A DNA stretch of 64,000 nucleotides from an uncultured Bacteroidales bacterium (GCA_964531985.1 CAZHFC010000007.1:21194-85193), one strand, 5' to 3'; positions 9,077 to 17,382 are shown, counted from the stretch's first letter. A program made the numbers and translations. Notes: a model not told the origin generated them from the sequence alone.

Positions 9077-10135
9077 ATGGCTATTTTCAGCATTCCTGAT
9101 ATCAGGCTTGCAGGTGTTGCCGCAAGCGTTCCCCGAAAGGAATATAATAACCGGGATTACGAATGGATTACTCCGCGGGAGCGGGAAGTGCTGATCAAAA
9201 CCGTCGGGGTTGAAAGGCGCCGGGTGGCGGAAGAAGGAATGACCACTTCGGACCTCTGCTATGAGGCAGCCCGGAAACTGATTTCAGGCCTTGGCTGGCA
9301 GGCCGGTGAGATCGATCTGCTGGTCTTCGTCAGCCAGTCGCGCGATTACCTCATCCCCGCCACGGCAGGCATACTGCAGGATCGCCTCGGGCTCCCCAAA
9401 ACATGCATGGCCTTCGACATCAGCCTTGGCTGCTCGGGTTACTTGTATGGCCTGTCGGTGATGGGCAGGATGATGAGCGGAGGGGCCATCCGCAAAGGCC
9501 TCCTGCTTGTCGGGGACGTATCCACGCAAAATACTTCTTATAAGGATAAAAGTACCTTCCCCCTCTTCGGCGATGCCGGAACGGCCACGGCCCTGGAATA
9601 TCAGGAAGGTGCAGGCCCCATGGACTTTAACCTGCAAACCGACGGATCGGGCTACCGGGCCATCATCATCCCCGACGGGGGTATCAGGAACCTCGCCGCC
9701 CGCGAACGTTCATTCGAGTATGAGGAGATTGCCGAGGGCATTATCAGGAACCGCTACCATATTGCCCTTGACGGGCTCGAGGTGTTCAACTTCTCCCTGC
9801 GCGAAGTGGCAGCCAACGTCAGGAGCCTGCTGCAGCATGCCGGTGCCGGCATCGACGACATCGATTTTTTTGTGATGCACCAGGCAAACCGGCTCATGAA
9901 TGAAACCATCAGGAAGCAACTGAAGATTGTCCCGGAAAAATATCCCTATTCGCTCCGCCTATACGGAAACACCAGCTCGGCCTCCATCCCGCTTACCTTC
10001 ATCACCCAGCTGGGAGTACCTCTGGGCTCGAAACGGCTGAGGTTGCTTTTGTCGGGCTTTGGGGTTGGACTTTCATGGGGCAGCGCACTGCTCACCACCG
10101 ACCATGTTTTTTGTCCTGAAATTATAGAAATGTAA
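9077..10135 (+). CDS. 3-oxoacyl-ACP synthase III (KASIII/FabH-like) condensing enzyme
   Basis: Cys-His-Asn triad contexts DISLGCSGYLYG, FVMHQANRLMNE and LYGNTSSASIP. 352 aa. Confidence 0.85.
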   Translation: MAIFSIPDIRLAGVAASVPRKEYNNRDYEWITPREREVLIKTVGVERRRVAEEGMTTSDLCYEAARKLISGLGWQAGEIDLLVFVSQSRDYLIPATAGILQDRLGLPKTCMAFDISLGCSGYLYGLSVMGRMMSGGAIRKGLLLVGDVSTQNTSYKDKSTFPLFGDAGTATALEYQEGAGPMDFNLQTDGSGYRAIIIPDGGIRNLAARERSFEYEEIAEGIIRNRYHIALDGLEVFNFSLREVAANVRSLLQHAGAGIDDIDFFVMHQANRLMNETIRKQLKIVPEKYPYSLRLYGNTSSASIPLTFITQLGVPLGSKRLRLLLSGFGVGLSWGSALLTTDHVFCPEIIEM

Positions 10136-10141
10136 AACCAT

Positions 10142-10894
10142 ATGTTACCCTTTTGCGATCTTACCGGAAAAACCGTGCTGGTTACCGGTGCCTCCTCGGG
10201 CATCGGGATGCAGGCAGCCATCAGCATCAGCAGGCATGGCGGAAAGCTCATCATTGCCGGACGGAACCGGGAAAAACTGGAAGAAACACGATCAAAACTG
10301 CAGGGCGACGGGCATCAGCTGTTTGCCGGCGACCTGACGGTCGAAGCGGAACTGGCTTCGCTGGCGGAGATGCTTCCCGGCCTCGACGGGCTGGTACACT
10401 GTGCCGGGGTTATCGGCCCCACACCGGCCAAATTCATCAGGGATGAGCATATCGATAAGATGTTCAGCATCAACTACCGCGTGCCCGTATTGCTCACCGC
10501 CGCCATCCTCAGCAGCAAGAAGCTGAACAGGAATGCCTCCGTCGTGCTGATGTCGTCGGTGGTTACGCGCTCACCCTATTTCGGCGGCAGTCTCTATGCC
10601 GGATCCAAGGGCGCCATCGAGACCTATGCCAAAACCCTTGCCCTGGAACTGGTTGAACGGGGCATCCGCGTAAATTGCCTTTCGCCGGGGCTGGTAAACA
10701 CTCCCATGATCACCGACCCCGCAAAGGAATCGAATCCGGCCATCGTTGACGACTCGCTGAAACGCTATATTGCAAAATATCCAATGGGAGTAGGCGAAGC
10801 CGAAGATGTTGCCAATGCCGTCATATTCCTGTTGTCGGATGAGGCACGCTGGATATCCGGTGCCAATATCGATATGGGCGCAGTGATCAGGTAA
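10142..10894 (+). CDS. SDR family oxidoreductase (FabG-like 3-oxoacyl reductase)
   Basis: TGASSGIG cofactor motif, catalytic YAGSKGA (YxxxK), NCLSPGLVNTPM. Starts 6 nt after KASIII. Confidence 0.85.
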   Translation: MLPFCDLTGKTVLVTGASSGIGMQAAISISRHGGKLIIAGRNREKLEETRSKLQGDGHQLFAGDLTVEAELASLAEMLPGLDGLVHCAGVIGPTPAKFIRDEHIDKMFSINYRVPVLLTAAILSSKKLNRNASVVLMSSVVTRSPYFGGSLYAGSKGAIETYAKTLALELVERGIRVNCLSPGLVNTPMITDPAKESNPAIVDDSLKRYIAKYPMGVGEAEDVANAVIFLLSDEARWISGANIDMGAVIR

Positions 10895-11009
10895 ACATCC
10901 GGGGTCAGGCAACGGTAGTTTGCCATTCTTTACGGATGCATCAAAAGATAATATTCTTCTCCATCACCCGAAATATTCTTATTTTTGTTTTAAACAATAC
11001 ATCGCAGCG

Positions 11010-11933
11010 ATGTCAAAACCCGGCTATTCCGTAGTTGTACCCGTTTATAACAGCGAAGAAACACTCAGGGAACTCTTTGAAAGGGCGACGGCCGTTTTTC
11101 AACGGCTCAATGCCACTTTCGAAATTATTTTCGTGGAAGACTGCGGAACCGACAATAGCTGGGAAGTGTTGAAGGAACTGAAGAACGCGCATCCCGGAGA
11201 GGTTACCGCCATAAGGCTGCACCGTAATTACGGGCAGCATAACGCCACCATTTGCGGATTGGGTTTTGCCCGGGCCGACAGGGTCATCACCATGGATGAT
11301 GACCTGCAGCATCCGCCCGAAGAGATCCTGAAACTGGTTGAACGCTTTGATGAAGGCGATACCGATATCGTTTACGGCGTTTTTTCCCGGAAACGGCATT
11401 CGAAACTCCGGAACATAGGCAGCAATTCCGTAAAAAAAACCTCCCGGATGCTCCTGAAAGGTACCGGAAAAGGATCTTCCTTCAGATTGATCAAAAAGGA
11501 GATCATCGACAAGCTGCTGCAAAATATCATCCATTTTGTCTTTATCGACCAGTTGTTGCTCTGGCATACCAACGATTTTGCCTTCGTGGAGGTTGAACAT
11601 CACCCCAGGCGGATTAAAAAATCGGGATATACGGCCAAAAAGCTGTTTATGCTGGTAACCGACCTGACCTATTTCTATACGAACATCCCATTAAAGATCA
11701 TGGTATACGGCGGCCTGCTGATGTCGATGGTGTTTTTCCTGTTCGGTCTGCGTTTCTTATTGCAAAAATGGCTTTTTAATGTTACGGTGCCGGGCTATAC
11801 CTCTACCATCGTTACCATCCTTTTCAGTACGGGGATCATCGTGTTCAGCCTGGGTATCATTGGCGGTTATCTCAGCCGCATTTATATGGTGCAGAGCAAG
11901 AAACCACCTTTTACCATCAAGAAGATCTTATAA
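11010..11933 (+). CDS. Glycosyltransferase family 2, ArnC/GtrB-like polyprenyl-phosphate glycosyltransferase with two C-terminal TM helices
   Basis: YSVVVPVYNSEETL, FVEDCGTDNS, TMDDDLQHPPEE. C-terminal hydrophobic segments (IMVYGGLLMSMVFFLFGL and IVTILFSTGIIVFSLGIIGGYL). The track start at 10920 is a TTG; the ATG at 11010 gives the canonical N-terminus. Confidence 0.8.
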   Translation: MSKPGYSVVVPVYNSEETLRELFERATAVFQRLNATFEIIFVEDCGTDNSWEVLKELKNAHPGEVTAIRLHRNYGQHNATICGLGFARADRVITMDDDLQHPPEEILKLVERFDEGDTDIVYGVFSRKRHSKLRNIGSNSVKKTSRMLLKGTGKGSSFRLIKKEIIDKLLQNIIHFVFIDQLLLWHTNDFAFVEVEHHPRRIKKSGYTAKKLFMLVTDLTYFYTNIPLKIMVYGGLLMSMVFFLFGLRFLLQKWLFNVTVPGYTSTIVTILFSTGIIVFSLGIIGGYLSRIYMVQSKKPPFTIKKIL

Positions 11934-13136
11934 TTCTTTTTTATACACCGGTTTCCATCCCGTTCGGCAGCTGTTGCCGCTTTTTTGCGACATTTGTTTC
12001 ATCCGTCCGTCGAGTTCACGTAGTTTTTTCCTGTTGAAAATGCCCAGGTAGAAGCGGCCTACCGCCAGGGGTGCTTTGCTGAGGATGGTCATGCGCAGGC
12101 GATAGGGGAATTTGTCGATCATCCATGTAGCCATGTAGAGAATGCCCGCAAAGGCTTTGCCGGGCAGGCAACGGATATGGGCCCGGACCCCCGGTTTTGG
12201 ATATGCTTTTTCATGCCCGGTAAGGGCTGCATAGGGTCCGGCACAGGCATCGGCCACCCGGATCTCCGAAGGTTTCAGCTCTTTCTTCCATAAGCCGGTC
12301 CTGCCGGTATTGATCTTCTTTAACAGGCTGGAATGGTATTTCAGGATGAGTTCGTTCGGGTAGATCTTCAGCACTTCGCTGCTTTTTTTGTAGAAATCGA
12401 AAGGAACGGGGCTGAAAGGGATGCCGATAAACCTGCAGAGTTCCGAAAATACCTCCTCCGGCCTGGAAACAAGGTCTTCGTAACGGATTTCCTTATGCGT
12501 GCCCGGATACCTGCCGGCAGCCTGCCTGAATTTTTTGACAAAATAACGCCATTTGCTGGTGGTAACGGAAATAAATGGCAATTCAAAGTCGACGTTCCTG
12601 ATCGAAACAAAATTATCGCGGTAGTCTCTGACGATATGTATGAACCTGGCTTCGGGGAAGATTTTCAGCAGCCTTTCCGTATAGATCGTGTAACCGGGAT
12701 TTTTATCACCCAGTGCCAGGATTACTCCGTGTCTGAATATTGACCGGTATTCATGATAGACAAGCTTGCAAAGTGTTCCGTAACTATAATCTCCCCGGCA
12801 TTGCATAAGGCTGTGATAAAGCTTGTTCCGGTCGAGGGGCCAAAGGTCGAAACGCCATTGGCGGAAAAGGTCTTCATAAAATGATTGCAGTTGTTTTTTC
12901 GACCAGTTGGTGATTTTCCCGTATTTTGGATAAAGGTTGATGATCAGCTGGCATTCGGGGGGTACCATCACGTTGGGATGTGCATCGAAGAGGGTACGAA
13001 GCAGGGTTGTTCCTGAACGCGGCCTGCCAACTACAAAAAACATTGGGATTTCCTTCAGTTGCCTGGCACTGAGATGCCGCTGCCGTTGCAGCAGAAGGAT
13101 TTTATTCTGGTCTTTTTCTGTAAAGAAATGATTCAT
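11928..13136 (-). CDS. Sulfotransferase family protein (PAPS-dependent type)
   Basis: 5'-PSB loop FFVVGRPRSGTTLLRTLF, 3'-PB-like IHIVRDYRDNFVS. The track start at 13187 is a TTG inside a hairpin; the ATG at 13136 (MNHFFTEKDQ) is preferred. Converges on the GT2 gene with a 6-nt overlap. Confidence 0.75.
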   Translation of the reverse strand: MNHFFTEKDQNKILLLQRQRHLSARQLKEIPMFFVVGRPRSGTTLLRTLFDAHPNVMVPPECQLIINLYPKYGKITNWSKKQLQSFYEDLFRQWRFDLWPLDRNKLYHSLMQCRGDYSYGTLCKLVYHEYRSIFRHGVILALGDKNPGYTIYTERLLKIFPEARFIHIVRDYRDNFVSIRNVDFELPFISVTTSKWRYFVKKFRQAAGRYPGTHKEIRYEDLVSRPEEVFSELCRFIGIPFSPVPFDFYKKSSEVLKIYPNELILKYHSSLLKKINTGRTGLWKKELKPSEIRVADACAGPYAALTGHEKAYPKPGVRAHIRCLPGKAFAGILYMATWMIDKFPYRLRMTILSKAPLAVGRFYLGIFNRKKLRELDGRMKQMSQKSGNSCRTGWKPVYKKEL

Positions 13137-13154
13137 GAATGTGCAAAAATAGGG

Positions 13155-13195
13155 AAAAAGGGTTGCCAGCCTTATTAGGGTTGGCAACCCTTTTT
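13155..13195 (-). other. Strong stem-loop at the flippase/sulfotransferase junction, with the flippase stop codon in its loop
   Basis: AAAAAGGGTTGCCA (13155-13168) is perfectly complementary to TGGCAACCCTTTTT (13182-13195). Three further pairs extend the stem (gcc/ggt), leaving a 7-nt loop that contains the TAA stop (13175-13177). Confidence 0.6.
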
Positions 13196-14488
13196 TAAAA
13201 CCCTGTCAACCAACAGTTTAATTTCTTTAAAATCGCCCCGTTTTACCAGGAGAATATCCCGTACCGGAACTTTGAGAATACGGGAATACATGGCCAGGTA
13301 GCCGATGGATCCGGCCGTATAGCTCACGTTGGTGGCCATGGCGGCCCCAGCACCTCCGTAGGAGGGTATCCACCAAAGGTTCAGCAGGATGTTCAGGACC
13401 AGGGCAGGCAAAAAAACGTAGAGGGTTATCTCCGGTCTCCCCAGCCCGGCCAGGTGGCCGCTGAGGATGCGGAACATCACCACCATGATGATGCCGGGCA
13501 GGATCAGTTGTATGATGCGGATGCTTTCGTGATAAGCCTGCCCGAAGATGAGGGGAACCAGAAAGGGTACCAGGAAGAACATGGCAACGGCCAGGAGGAG
13601 GCTGAAAAGGAACGACAGCCTCAGCAATACCCCCGTTGTTTCTTTCATCTCGGCCTGGTCGCGCGCATTCGCCGTGCGGCTGAAAACCACGATGCCCACT
13701 GCCAGCGGTAGTTGCCAAAGTTGTTCCGCCACCGATGCCCCGATGGAATAGATACCCACCTCGGCCGTGTCGCGCAGCTTTTCGATAAGCAGGATGTCGA
13801 TACGGTAGTTCAGTTGCAGGATGAAAAACGAAACAGAGAACAAAATGCCCAGCCTCAGCAGGCTGATGATGATCTTTTTATGGAAGCGGAGACGGATACG
13901 GAACGACTTCCCGAGAAGGAACAGTCCGTACACGGCTACCATTGCCGCTGAAGCAAGAAAGGCGACAACCGCACCGATGATCCCCGCTTTGAGCACCCAA
14001 ACCAGTAAAATGATGAGCAGCAGGTTGAGGGCGTTGGTGATCCAGTTCATCTGATTGGCTTTGCTGATCTCATCATTTCCGAGAAAAACGCCGCCGAAAT
14101 AGATAATGGCCAGCCGTCCGGGAATGACCATCAGCACCAGCCCGATCATCAGGGGAGTAAACGAAGGGCCGTCGTAGATCCAGTAGGCGAGGGCTGAGAT
14201 AACGATGCCTAATGCCGATGCAATGAGCAGCAATACGATCACGGAAGACACAAGCTGGTCGTGGTTGTGTTTTTTCTTGCCCACATGAAAAATGGCCGAT
14301 CCCCTGATGCCGAGGTTGGTCAGGCTGACCACGATCATTGGAATGATCACCAGTGCCATGAAGATACCGTACTCCTCAGGGCCCAGCAGGCGTGCCAGCA
14401 CTATGCTGGCCGCAAATCCCGCCAGGATAGAAAAAACATTGCTGTTAAAAACACCGATCACATCGCGCGAAAAGCGTCGTTTGGCCAT
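13175..14488 (-). CDS. MOP-superfamily polysaccharide/oligosaccharide flippase (Wzx-like)
   Basis: 437 aa with about 12 hydrophobic helices. The N-terminus FNSNVFSILAGFAASIVLARLLGPEEYG is typical of polysaccharide biosynthesis (Polysacc_synt) exporters. ATG start. Confidence 0.75.
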   Translation of the reverse strand: MAKRRFSRDVIGVFNSNVFSILAGFAASIVLARLLGPEEYGIFMALVIIPMIVVSLTNLGIRGSAIFHVGKKKHNHDQLVSSVIVLLLIASALGIVISALAYWIYDGPSFTPLMIGLVLMVIPGRLAIIYFGGVFLGNDEISKANQMNWITNALNLLLIILLVWVLKAGIIGAVVAFLASAAMVAVYGLFLLGKSFRIRLRFHKKIIISLLRLGILFSVSFFILQLNYRIDILLIEKLRDTAEVGIYSIGASVAEQLWQLPLAVGIVVFSRTANARDQAEMKETTGVLLRLSFLFSLLLAVAMFFLVPFLVPLIFGQAYHESIRIIQLILPGIIMVVMFRILSGHLAGLGRPEITLYVFLPALVLNILLNLWWIPSYGGAGAAMATNVSYTAGSIGYLAMYSRILKVPVRDILLVKRGDFKEIKLLVDRVLKKGCQP

Positions 14489-14619
14489 GGCATCAGGGTT
14501 AAATTGTTGATTGCGGCATCAATCTGTTTTTCGGCCGGTAAACGGCCCTTTTGCCGAATAAGCGGAACTGTACGGGCATCCTTGCATTGTTTTAATTATC
14601 CTTATTTACGTTCCTTTAT

Positions 14620-16002
14620 TTATTTTTTTAATTCCTGCAGGCTTTTCAGCAGACGGTTCGGGTCGAGGGGTTCCTTTTTGTTCCCGAAGCAAACATTGTG
14701 TCTTTCCACGTTCGAGAGATAAGCCCATGCGGCAGCCCTGGCATTTCGTGTTTCCTTCAGGCTCCTCAGCATTTTTTTCTGAAGCAGCTTGTCATCGTAC
14801 ATGATCGACCAGTTCTGGTACATGGCATCCATGAATTCCTGCGGATCCATCTTCAGGGGTTGGTGTACCACCTCGAGGAAATGGTAATGCTGCCAGTCGG
14901 CGGGATAGTTTGTATAAAGCAGGCGTTTTTCGGCTTCCATACGCTTGTAGAGCCCGGTCCCCGGCAAGGGTGTAACGATGGTGGCCTGCATGGCGTCCAT
15001 GCCGCTATCGATGGCAAAGCGGGTTCGTGCAAAAAGATCATCCCTGCTGTCGCTGTCGAGGCCATAGATCAACGCTCCCAGCACGCTGATGCCATGCCTG
15101 TGGATACGGTCGAATACCTCCTGGTATTTATCAATGCCCATCCGCAGGTTCAGCTTTTTGTTGGCTTCTTTCAGTTGTTCTTCCTTTTCCGATTCGATGC
15201 CGATGAGGATCATGCGGCAACCGCTTTCGGCGGCAAGCCTCAGCACCTCTTCATTGTCGGCAACGTTCAGGGAGGCCTGGCAGTACCAGTCTTTTTTGAT
15301 CCCCCGCCTGATCATGCCCCTGAAGAGGCTGATGGCGCGTTCCGACGACTCCCGGGAATATCCGATGATGTTGTCGTCTACAAAGTACACCATCTCCTGG
15401 GGTATGCTTTCCAGTTCGTCGAGGACTTCTTCAACGGGGCGTTGCCGGTATTGTGATCCGTTAAAGGTATGCACCGAACAAAAGTCGCAGTTCATGGGGC
15501 ATCCCCGCGAGGTTTGTATGTTGGCATAGGTATAGGCAGGATGAAAGAGGTCGCGGCGCGGCATAACGGCATTGTTCATGGGTAGAAGCCTGCCTTGATA
15601 CAGTTTCTGAAGGTTTTTGGCTTCAAAGTCGCTGATGACTTTCCCCCAGATGCTCTCCGCCTCACCGCTCACCACGGCGTCGGCATGCAGTGACGCTTCC
15701 CCGGGAAGCATGGAGGCATGGATGCCGCCGATCACCACCGGGATGCCTTCGGCACGGTAGATGGAAGCAATCTCGTAAGCGCGGTTAACATTGGCCGTCA
15801 TGGCAGTGATGCCAACAAGATCGGCTTTGCGAAATTCGAAATCGTCGAAGTTCTCGTCGATGATCTCTGTATCCCAGCCGGCAGGCGTCAGCCCGGCAAT
15901 AATCCCCAGCGCAAGCGGTGGCGACATGGCATGGGTGTCGTAAAACCCGTCGCGGGTATGCCTGTTGAAAGGATTGACCAGTATCAGTTTTTTCCTGCGC
16001 AT
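14620..16002 (-). CDS. Cobalamin (B12)-binding domain radical SAM protein, paralog 3
   Basis: DLVGITAMTA...VIGGIHASMLPGEA, TSRGCPMNCDFCSVHTF, TPLPGTGLYKRMEAEKRL. Shares the run RPVEEVLDELESIP with paralog 2. The track start at 16008 is a GTG; the ATG at 16002 (MRRKKLILVNP) is preferred. Confidence 0.85.
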   Translation of the reverse strand: MRRKKLILVNPFNRHTRDGFYDTHAMSPPLALGIIAGLTPAGWDTEIIDENFDDFEFRKADLVGITAMTANVNRAYEIASIYRAEGIPVVIGGIHASMLPGEASLHADAVVSGEAESIWGKVISDFEAKNLQKLYQGRLLPMNNAVMPRRDLFHPAYTYANIQTSRGCPMNCDFCSVHTFNGSQYRQRPVEEVLDELESIPQEMVYFVDDNIIGYSRESSERAISLFRGMIRRGIKKDWYCQASLNVADNEEVLRLAAESGCRMILIGIESEKEEQLKEANKKLNLRMGIDKYQEVFDRIHRHGISVLGALIYGLDSDSRDDLFARTRFAIDSGMDAMQATIVTPLPGTGLYKRMEAEKRLLYTNYPADWQHYHFLEVVHQPLKMDPQEFMDAMYQNWSIMYDDKLLQKKMLRSLKETRNARAAAWAYLSNVERHNVCFGNKKEPLDPNRLLKSLQELKK

Positions 16003-16024
16003 CTGCACCTGTGCTGAAGTATTG

Positions 16025-16032
16025 CAAAGATA
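16025..16032 (-). promoter_or_regulatory. Candidate -7 promoter box (TATCTTTG on the minus strand) for the rSAM3-flippase-sulfotransferase unit
   Basis: Plus-strand CAAAGATA is the reverse complement of TAnnTTTG. Lies 22 nt upstream of the ATG at 16002. Confidence 0.4.
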
Positions 16033-16081
16033 TTATTTTTAAGCAAGCAGGTGGCGCGGAAGCTTGCACGCAAGGAATGCT

Positions 16082-16089
16082 TACTTTTG
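16082..16089 (+). promoter_or_regulatory. Candidate -7 promoter box (TACTTTTG) for the GNAT gene
   Basis: Exact TAnnTTTG, 24 nt upstream of the ATG at 16114. Sits back-to-back with the minus-strand box 49 nt away. Confidence 0.4.
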
Positions 16090-16113
16090 CAGCACCATCC
16101 ACCTTTTAGTGTT

Positions 16114-16779
16114 ATGATCATATCAAAATACAATATCCGCTTTACGCGTCTCAGCGAAGACGACATCGAGCTTGTCAGGAAGTGGCGCAACCACCCGAGC
16201 ATCAAAAAGTATATGGTCTACCGCGAATACATCAGCCCTGAGATGCAGGAAGCCTGGTTCAGGTCGGTAAATAATAACGATAACCTGTATTTTATTATCG
16301 AGTATAAGGGTAAAAAGATAGGTCTGATCAATGGCAAGGACATCAACTGGGAAGAAAAATCGATGGAAACCGGCATCTTCATCTGGGACAGGTATTACCG
16401 CAAAACCCATATCCCGACCTTGTGTACCATCATATTTGCCGAGCTTGGCGTTGCAATCTGGGGTTTGAAGCCGCGTGCCACCATCCTGCGAAGCAATGAA
16501 CGGGCTTTAAAATACAATAAGATGCTTGGTTTTAAGGTGATTGAAGACGATCCTACCAAGGAGTACGTCAGGCTGTCGATGGAGAAGGACAGCATGGGCT
16601 TCATTGCCAGGAAGCTGAAAGCGGCCATCAACCTTTTTGCCGGGGATGAACCCATTCAGCTGATGATTGAAAAGGAAGACATGGAGAGCGGCATCTATGA
16701 TATCATCAGGCAGGGCATTGACCCGTCTCTGGTAAAGAGCGTAAAAGATGAAGGAGACCGCATTATATACCATTTCTGA
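16114..16779 (+). CDS. GNAT family N-acetyltransferase (PseH/RimL-like) with an extra roughly 75-aa C-terminal extension
   Basis: IRFTRLSEDDIELVRKWRNHPSIKKYM N-terminus, typical of sugar-nucleotide N-acetyltransferases of the GNAT fold; RSNERALKYNKMLGFK acetyl-CoA region. The ATG at 16114 is preferred over the upstream start at 16051. Confidence 0.7.
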   Translation: MIISKYNIRFTRLSEDDIELVRKWRNHPSIKKYMVYREYISPEMQEAWFRSVNNNDNLYFIIEYKGKKIGLINGKDINWEEKSMETGIFIWDRYYRKTHIPTLCTIIFAELGVAIWGLKPRATILRSNERALKYNKMLGFKVIEDDPTKEYVRLSMEKDSMGFIARKLKAAINLFAGDEPIQLMIEKEDMESGIYDIIRQGIDPSLVKSVKDEGDRIIYHF

Positions 16780-16794
16780 CCTGCCGGTTGCCGG

Positions 16795-17382
16795 CTATAT
16801 TCCGTAAAGGCGGTTTTCACGGATGTATCCCCATACCCCCGGAGGCAGCATATGGCTGACATCTTCTCCCTGCCTGATTGCATGCCTGATAAAGCTGGCC
16901 GAAATATTGAGTAGCGGTGCCTTGAAAAACCTTATGCCGGGATGGTCTTTATATTCGCCGGCTTCGTAATGGGGGCGGTTATAAATGTAGATTGGGCAGC
17001 ATGCCAGCAATTGGCGGTAATTTTTCCACAGGTGGAGAGAGGGAAGGATATCGGTGCCCGCGATCAGCACAAAGTCACGGCCGGGATATTCTTTCTCCAG
17101 GAACTCCAGGGTGTCGATGGTGTAGGAGGGCTGGGGCAGTTTAAATTCCGCATCGCAGGAGCGGAAACGGGCATCGCCGCGGATGGCGATGTTGACCATG
17201 GCCAGCCGGTGATATTCATCCAGCAATTCCTGCTCATCCTTGAGCGGGTTTTTGGGCGAAACGACGAACCAGACCTCTTCCAGGCCGGTATGCCCGGCCA
17301 TGTATGATGCCACTGTGAGGTGTCCCGTATGGACAGGGTTAAAGGATCCGAAAAACAACCCGGTTTTTGATTTTTCAGGCAT
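16795..17382 (-). CDS. nadD: Nicotinate-nucleotide adenylyltransferase
   Basis: GLFFGSFNPVHTGH (HxGH nucleotidyltransferase motif), ISASFIR C-terminal motif, 195 aa. Confidence 0.9.
   Translation of the reverse strand: MPEKSKTGLFFGSFNPVHTGHLTVASYMAGHTGLEEVWFVVSPKNPLKDEQELLDEYHRLAMVNIAIRGDARFRSCDAEFKLPQPSYTIDTLEFLEKEYPGRDFVLIAGTDILPSLHLWKNYRQLLACCPIYIYNRPHYEAGEYKDHPGIRFFKAPLLNISASFIRHAIRQGEDVSHMLPPGVWGYIRENRLYGI

Noticed and set aside
9077-10894. OleABCD-type olefin/beta-lactone pathway (thiolase-like condensing enzyme plus SDR plus AMP-ligase)
   Set aside because: There is no OleB-type alpha/beta hydrolase. The AMP-ligase is a FAAL-carrier fusion rather than OleC-like, and the condensing enzyme looks like ACP-dependent KASIII adjacent to an ACP.
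10920-11009. N-terminal extensions produced by upstream TTG/GTG or early ATG starts in the track (also at 3540, 8538, 8820, 13187, 16008, 16051, 23879, 29412, 29831, 31824, 33725, 33772, 35364, 37561, 38032, 41468, 52086, 52636 and 57125)
   Set aside because: In each case a downstream ATG yields the canonical family N-terminus or a proper signal peptide. The extension is non-protein-like or overlaps a neighbouring gene, so the shorter model is preferred.
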